Positions 58,973-64,000 of a stretch of 64,000 nucleotides of DNA are shown here, piece after piece. This DNA comes from Candidatus Thorarchaeota archaeon SMTZ1-45 (lineage in GTDB: Archaea > Asgardarchaeota > Thorarchaeia > Thorarchaeales > Thorarchaeaceae), in assembly GCA_001563335.1 (NCBI GenBank), contig LRSL01000069.1:64001-128000 (forward strand), written 5' to 3'. The position numbers and the translations under genes are program-made. Position 1 is the first letter of the stretch. Each line of letters opens with the position of its first letter. The notes under the pieces are model-generated. The model saw only the letters and a list, made by a program, of their open reading frames with translations. It had not been told where the DNA came from and did not search any database.

Positions 58973-59947
58973 CTATTGTACCTCCTTGAGTAATGTTGCA
59001 TATGCTTCAGAAACAAGCTCAGCAATTTCCCTAGTTACCCCTGGATTTCCAGAATTTCTAAAATTCTCAGCAGCTACTTGTTGACATCCACGTGCAAGCA
59101 TCCGTATATCACGTGGATTCCCCTTTGCTGCTACATTAATGACCTTCACTGCGTCTTCAGTGAAGGGATAAACACTGAAATTCTCTGAATCAAAGCTATC
59201 AATTTGTCCTTGTGCATAAGCAATTCGACGACCTATGAATTCCCTTGCTTTCGCATCATTGAGTGGGGGAACATCAAGAGGTTCTGTACGATCCGCGATT
59301 TGCGGCAAGAATGAAAGCATTGCATTCCAATATATCATAGTCCCAGACATAACCAAAGTAAAAATAGGTTCATCAAGAGCTCCTGCATATACATCAATCA
59401 TTTCTTCAGTAGGTAGGTCTGCAAGAAATCTCAGTTTATGAAATGCAGCTTCTTGATTGTCTGCAACATCCTCAATGAATAATGCTGTACGACTTTGTTC
59501 CTCAATATATCTTCGAAGACTTTCTTTCGCAACTGCATCAATAATTTGACTAGACTCCCATGATCTTCGATATTTTATTCTAAGAGAATCAGCTATTGCT
59601 GATGCCATCTGCTTCTCATAAAGACCAGTCATACCAACATAACCTGTTATGAATTTGTTACCCTTACGATCAGCCAATGTTGGTAAATCTCTCAATGCTA
59701 AAAGCATCAGTGTACTCTTACCTGAGCCTACAGGTCCACGAATGAAAACATGACGTTCATTTGTAATAATTAAATCAACAATGGAGTCCAAAAAGTCACT
59801 ATCTTCTATGTACAGACGACTGTCTGGCATTTTGAATCCACGAAATGGTGAGAATCTGGCACCAATCTTTTCCTCCCATGCACGAAGAACCTCTTTGCGT
59901 GTATTGAAGTGACGAATTAGCGCACTCTCATGAATTGCAATTGTCAT
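58973..59947 (-). CDS. AAA+ ATPase of ExeA/TnsC-like (AAA_22) type
   Basis: SPF motif, GPVGSGKS, ALFIEDVAD, IADR, PFTEDAV...GNPRDIR; RBS GGAGG before ATG 59947. Confidence 0.75.
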   Translation of the reverse strand: MTIAIHESALIRHFNTRKEVLRAWEEKIGARFSPFRGFKMPDSRLYIEDSDFLDSIVDLIITNERHVFIRGPVGSGKSTLMLLALRDLPTLADRKGNKFITGYVGMTGLYEKQMASAIADSLRIKYRRSWESSQIIDAVAKESLRRYIEEQSRTALFIEDVADNQEAAFHKLRFLADLPTEEMIDVYAGALDEPIFTLVMSGTMIYWNAMLSFLPQIADRTEPLDVPPLNDAKAREFIGRRIAYAQGQIDSFDSENFSVYPFTEDAVKVINVAAKGNPRDIRMLARGCQQVAAENFRNSGNPGVTREIAELVSEAYATLLKEVQ

Positions 59948-60128
59948 TTTGTGGACCTCCAAAGATATGGTATCACAAGTACTTCATGTAATACAATTTT
60001 GAAACAATAGTTTCAGATATAAAATGTATGGTAAACTGCGCCATTCAGACACAACCTTTTTGAAGAGAATGAATAGGCTGGAAGTTCAACTCAAGATTAA
60101 ATATCACAAGTTATAGGAGTAACTTAGT

Positions 60129-60407
60129 ATGGATGTAGATCGGATAAAGCACATCATGAACTCACTAATGATTCTCTCTTTCATGATTTTTGGAGTCTTA
60201 TCAGGAATAATTCTGATAACAGATGTTCCACTGACCAACACATCCGTTTCTTTACCTTTTGCATTTTTATATATCTCCACAGCTACCTTTGTGATTACAG
60301 CTCAAATTAATGAGCGTCCAAAATTAATTCAGAAATATCTTCGAGACTGGTTGATAATCTGTTTCATTGGAATTATCATCAGTGCATTAGCTTTCACATT
60401 TTATTGA
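60129..60407 (+). CDS. small three-TM membrane protein
   Basis: Three hydrophobic segments; RBS AGGAG. Confidence 0.7.
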   Translation: MDVDRIKHIMNSLMILSFMIFGVLSGIILITDVPLTNTSVSLPFAFLYISTATFVITAQINERPKLIQKYLRDWLIICFIGIIISALAFTFY

Positions 60408-60467
60408 TACAAACACAAGAGTTTAGAACCACTATGATACACACCCTGCTACCGTACTCTCATAAAA

Positions 60468-61112
60468 GTGATAATGATGAGTAAGATCCTGCCTGGCACA
60501 AAAACTACTCGCATGGAACTCCTTGCTCTAAAAAATAGAATGAGGTTGGCTGAAAGAGGGCACGATCTTCTCCGAGAGAAACGTGATTCGCTCATAATGG
60601 AATTCTTTAATGCCATAGCAGAGATTAAGGAAGCGAGAGTGAAAGTTGATGTTGCACTTTCAGAAGCTTTCTCAGCCCTTACTCAAGCAAAAATGGTAAT
60701 GGGTCCTGCAAGAGTTGTAGAATTCGCATATGCTAGTAAATTTGAAGCAAACCTTAGTATCTCAACAAGATCAATGATGGGGGTCAGAGTTCCAATCCTA
60801 TCAGTAGAACAACATACTCCTGATCTTCCATATTCTCTCTCAGATTCAAGTGCCAAATTTGATGTTATGAGTGAAAAATTCAAGGAAGCTCTAACCGCAA
60901 TTGTTCGGCTAGCTGAGATTGAATCAACAGTGAAACGACTTGCGCTTGAAATTGAGCGCACAAAACGACGAGTGTCAGCTCTTGAAACTGTTGTAATACC
61001 TCGTCTTGATGCAACAGCACGGTTCGTAAAACTCGCACTTGAAGAACGAGAACGTGAAGACTTTGTAAGGTTAAAGATGGTTCGTGATTGGATTACTCAA
61101 GAGGAAGAATAA
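60468..61112 (+). CDS. atpD: A/V-type ATP synthase subunit D
   Basis: TRMELL..RGHDLLREKRD, MGVRVP, EIERTKRRVSALE, EEREREDFVRLK. Confidence 0.95.
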   Translation: MIMMSKILPGTKTTRMELLALKNRMRLAERGHDLLREKRDSLIMEFFNAIAEIKEARVKVDVALSEAFSALTQAKMVMGPARVVEFAYASKFEANLSISTRSMMGVRVPILSVEQHTPDLPYSLSDSSAKFDVMSEKFKEALTAIVRLAEIESTVKRLALEIERTKRRVSALETVVIPRLDATARFVKLALEEREREDFVRLKMVRDWITQEEE

Positions 61113-61141
61113 ATAGAATGTATTATCTGTAATACAATATC

Positions 61142-61534
61142 CTAATGTCTTAACTTTAGAATAGCTGCCGCTAAATCTCCATCAGTTTCTTCCAAAGCCT
61201 GCTTTGCCACTTGAATGTCCACACCTGTTTGACTAGCTACCAATGCCGCATCCTCTATTGGTATCTCAACTTTCTTTTCAACAACATCTTCTGAAGTTGT
61301 TTCAATTTTACTTTCAATCTTTCCAGATATTTGTCTTTCATTTCTTGTACCTGTTACTTGAAAAGATTCACTACCAGCTTGCTTAATCATGGATAGTTGA
61401 ACATTAGAAATGACCCACTCCTTATCATCAAAACGAATTATTACTTCTTTTACACCGTCTATCTCCTTTTGTTCAATACCCATCTTCTTCATCATTCGCG
61501 CCATTTGTTTTGGTGACAGACCTCTAAATCCCAT
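61142..61534 (-). CDS. nac: nascent polypeptide-associated complex protein
   Basis: MMKKMGI, V..VII, C-terminal UBA (LVASQTGV...GDLAAAI). Confidence 0.93.
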   Translation of the reverse strand: MGFRGLSPKQMARMMKKMGIEQKEIDGVKEVIIRFDDKEWVISNVQLSMIKQAGSESFQVTGTRNERQISGKIESKIETTSEDVVEKKVEIPIEDAALVASQTGVDIQVAKQALEETDGDLAAAILKLRH

Positions 61535-61622
61535 AGGATCATCTCCAATTCTTGATTGAAAGGTGCAGACAATAACCTGTACTTTCTCTCTGTAAATGCT
61601 GGTTTATGAGTCGATAAAACGA

Positions 61623-62453
61623 TTACGCTTCGGATGAGGTAGTTATATCAAATACATAGTGCCCTATTCTAGGTGAATAGTCCTTGACATAATGTGCGTT
61701 AATAGAAGAAGAATATCCATGTATTCTACACATTTGTTCAATCTTCATCATGATATCCTTAACCTCAGACTCAGGCATACTCATATGCATATGAATAAAG
61801 CCTCCATCTTCCACTAAAGTTTCAAGAGCAAATGGAAGATACTCTATAGTATTATGTAGATATCCCATCACTATTCGATTGGCTGTTCCTTTTGGATGCA
61901 CTTTGCGACAATCACCTAGTACTGCAACTACTCTATTACCTAACCCATTCAGCTTTATATTCTCAAGCAAAAACTGGAATGCATTTTCGTTAATCTCTAT
62001 TGCAATTACTTCGACGTCAGCTGACTTGGCAATATGAAGAGCAAATTGTCCAACACAAGAAAACATATCCACAATTTTTTCTTCGTTTTTAACAAGTTTC
62101 GATAATCGCATACGCTCCCTTCTATTACCTCCAGAGAATGTAATATGAAGTGGGTCTAATCGAAATTTTATTCCATCTTCAATATGTGTAGTAATTGTAT
62201 TACTATCTCCAGCAATTAATTCATATGATGGTATTCTCTTGATGCTTTTTGTGGGTCCGATTTTCGTGGCAACCGACAATATTCGTTGATCATATTCGAG
62301 TGTCTTTTCACCAATAAATGAAGCATACTTCATTAGACTAGAATCCAAATTCAGTAGGGCAACATTTCCTACGAGATGATAACCTGAAGGTAAAACAATA
62401 CTCCTTGGAATTATCCCACTTAATTTGTTTCTGAGGAAATCTCTGTACCTCAT
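61623..62453 (-). CDS. Trm5/Taw2 (TYW2)-family SAM-dependent tRNA-modifying enzyme
   Basis: FSGGNRRER, DMFSCVGQF, NRIVMGY, VKDYSP. Confidence 0.85.
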   Translation of the reverse strand: MRYRDFLRNKLSGIIPRSIVLPSGYHLVGNVALLNLDSSLMKYASFIGEKTLEYDQRILSVATKIGPTKSIKRIPSYELIAGDSNTITTHIEDGIKFRLDPLHITFSGGNRRERMRLSKLVKNEEKIVDMFSCVGQFALHIAKSADVEVIAIEINENAFQFLLENIKLNGLGNRVVAVLGDCRKVHPKGTANRIVMGYLHNTIEYLPFALETLVEDGGFIHMHMSMPESEVKDIMMKIEQMCRIHGYSSSINAHYVKDYSPRIGHYVFDITTSSEA

Positions 62454-62479
62454 TGTTGTTCACAAATCACTAGACTTGC

Positions 62480-63682
62480 TTAGCAATACATACTACCAGG
62501 AGCACGATCGCCTGTTCCTCGTTCTTGAACCTTCGAGATAGCTTTTCGAAAATCATCTTGAATGACGCAAGTTCTATTGTCCCGAATCGCGAACATACCT
62601 GCCTCTGTGCATATTGTTTTGATATCTGCACCAGTTCTACCCTGAGTTGCAGACAGCAATAGATTGAAATCAACAGCAGTGTGTATCTTCATTCCACGGA
62701 TGTGAATCTTGAAAATCTCTTTTCTACTCACGTCATCAGGCAATGGGAACTCAATAATTCTGTCAAAACGACCTGGTCTTAGAAGTGCTGGATCTAATAT
62801 ATCAGGGCGATTTGTTGCACCTAAAACAGCCACTTGACCGCGACTCTCAAAACCATCAAGTTCACTCAATAGCTGCATTAATGTACGTTGTACTTCTCTA
62901 TCTCCTGAAGTGGCAATATCAAGTCTATGAGAACCAACAGCATCAAGTTCATCTACGAAAATAATTGCTGGTGCTTTTTCCTTAGCAAGCATGAATATTT
63001 CTCTAACGAGTCGAGCTCCTTCACCTATAAACTTCTGAACAAGCTCGGAGCCAATAACCCGGATAAAAGTCGCATTCGTTTCATGAGCTACAGCTCGAGC
63101 ACATAGAGTCTTACCTGTTCCTGGTTTACCTGTGAGTAGTACGCCTTTTGGAGGTTCTATACCAACCTCTTCAAATAATTCAGGTCTTAGAAGGGGAAGT
63201 TCTACAGTTTCTCGAATTTCTCTAAGCTGGTCTTGAAGTCCTCCAATATCCTGATATGATACATTAGGTGCTTCCTCGATTTCCATAGCTCGTATTATGG
63301 GGTCACGAGATGGTGGAAGTTCTTGAGTAATCGCAAATGATCTTTGATTAAGTGCTACTAGAGCTCCAGGTTGCAGTTTGTCTTTTGGAATTGACGAGGC
63401 AACATGAACTACAAAATTCGGTCCAGTGGAACTCTTGACAATTGCTCTACCATCCTCCAGCATCTCAGTTATTGTAGCAGTAATTAGAGGTGATTGTCTC
63501 AATTTCTCTAGTTCTGTCCTCAAAGTTTGAGTTTCTTTCTCAAGCCGACTACGTTCAGCTTGAAGTATTTGCTTTTCTGTTTCCAATGCTCTAAGTCTAC
63601 GTTCTAGATGTCTTGTATAGCTTTGCGAGTATGCCGACTCATCAACGTTGCCTTCGTCTTTTGTGTCTGTAGTCCCTGGCAT
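62480..63682 (-). CDS. pan: proteasome-activating nucleotidase
   Basis: Coiled coil/[30 protein letters not shown]-terminal HbYX (MYC). Confidence 0.96.
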   Translation of the reverse strand: MPGTTDTKDEGNVDESAYSQSYTRHLERRLRALETEKQILQAERSRLEKETQTLRTELEKLRQSPLITATITEMLEDGRAIVKSSTGPNFVVHVASSIPKDKLQPGALVALNQRSFAITQELPPSRDPIIRAMEIEEAPNVSYQDIGGLQDQLREIRETVELPLLRPELFEEVGIEPPKGVLLTGKPGTGKTLCARAVAHETNATFIRVIGSELVQKFIGEGARLVREIFMLAKEKAPAIIFVDELDAVGSHRLDIATSGDREVQRTLMQLLSELDGFESRGQVAVLGATNRPDILDPALLRPGRFDRIIEFPLPDDVSRKEIFKIHIRGMKIHTAVDFNLLLSATQGRTGADIKTICTEAGMFAIRDNRTCVIQDDFRKAISKVQERGTGDRAPGSMYC

Positions 63683-63855
63683 TGGATGGCACCTCAGGAG
63701 TTCATCCACTGTAGATGTTTTAAGCATTGCTTTGAGGGAGAAATGACATCATTACATATCAAGGTAAACAATATACAAATATCACTTACAAATTTGTTTA
63801 GTCGGCAATCTTTATCAACACACCCCGACTCATTATCACCTAGAGGGAATCTGCT

Positions 63856-64000
63856 TTGCCTAGTTGTGAATTATGTGGCAGAAACATGAAGGGTCGCGGC
63901 AGAAACGTAACAATTGAAGGAGCTTCAATGTTAGTTTGTCCTCAATGTGCCACTAAATTTGGTGGTCAGTCTATATCATCTGAATCTCGATCATCATTTG
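63856..64000 (+). CDS. mbf1: archaeal multiprotein bridging factor aMBF1 (5' part; runs off the window)
   Basis: Not in the ORF track. Manual translation MPSCELCGRNMKGRGRNVTIEGASMLVCPQCATKFG = aMBF1 Zn ribbon; adjacent to pan. Confidence 0.85.
   Translation, partial: MPSCELCGRNMKGRGRNVTIEGASMLVCPQCATKFGGQSISSESRSSF

Overview
This is a 64-kb chromosomal segment of an archaeon, very probably an Asgard archaeon (Thorarchaeia-like; inferred from Rpo8, an MglA/Roadblock/DENN-like operon and gene style). Most of it is core genome: replication and repair (HerA-NurA, Hel308, MCM, GINS, RFC-S/L, Cdc6/Orc1), tRNA modification, PyrG, GlmS, IPK, KorA, IorAB, HypF, AcdA, AtpD, NAC, PAN and MBF1. Features not shown by the ORF track: (1) a probable replication origin at about 48.96-49.13 kb, with two inverted ORB boxes around an AT-rich spacer and a third ORB at 44.8 kb. 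It lies 23 kb from cdc6, next to a small Cas2/VapD-like gene, and is surrounded by a repeated 16-bp palindrome TAGAACAYGTGTTCTA. (2) Three unusual tRNA loci: Pro(GGG) with two introns; Glu(CTC) with an intron at 10/11 and an antisense leader; Gly(CCC) lacking its 3' end and running into a C/D-like element complementary to tRNA anticodon arms. (3) An unannotated rod-shaped RNA of about 184 nt at 55.5-55.7 kb. (4) A dispersed candidate pilus/DNA-exchange system: TFB paralog, TadA/VirB11 ATPase, Flp-like pilin, two Ig-like surface proteins, a membrane VirB4/CedB-like ATPase and a CedA1/VirB2-like pilin. (5) An ExeA/TnsC-like AAA+ ATPase paired with an RHH protein. All calls come from motif recognition by eye; no database searches were run.
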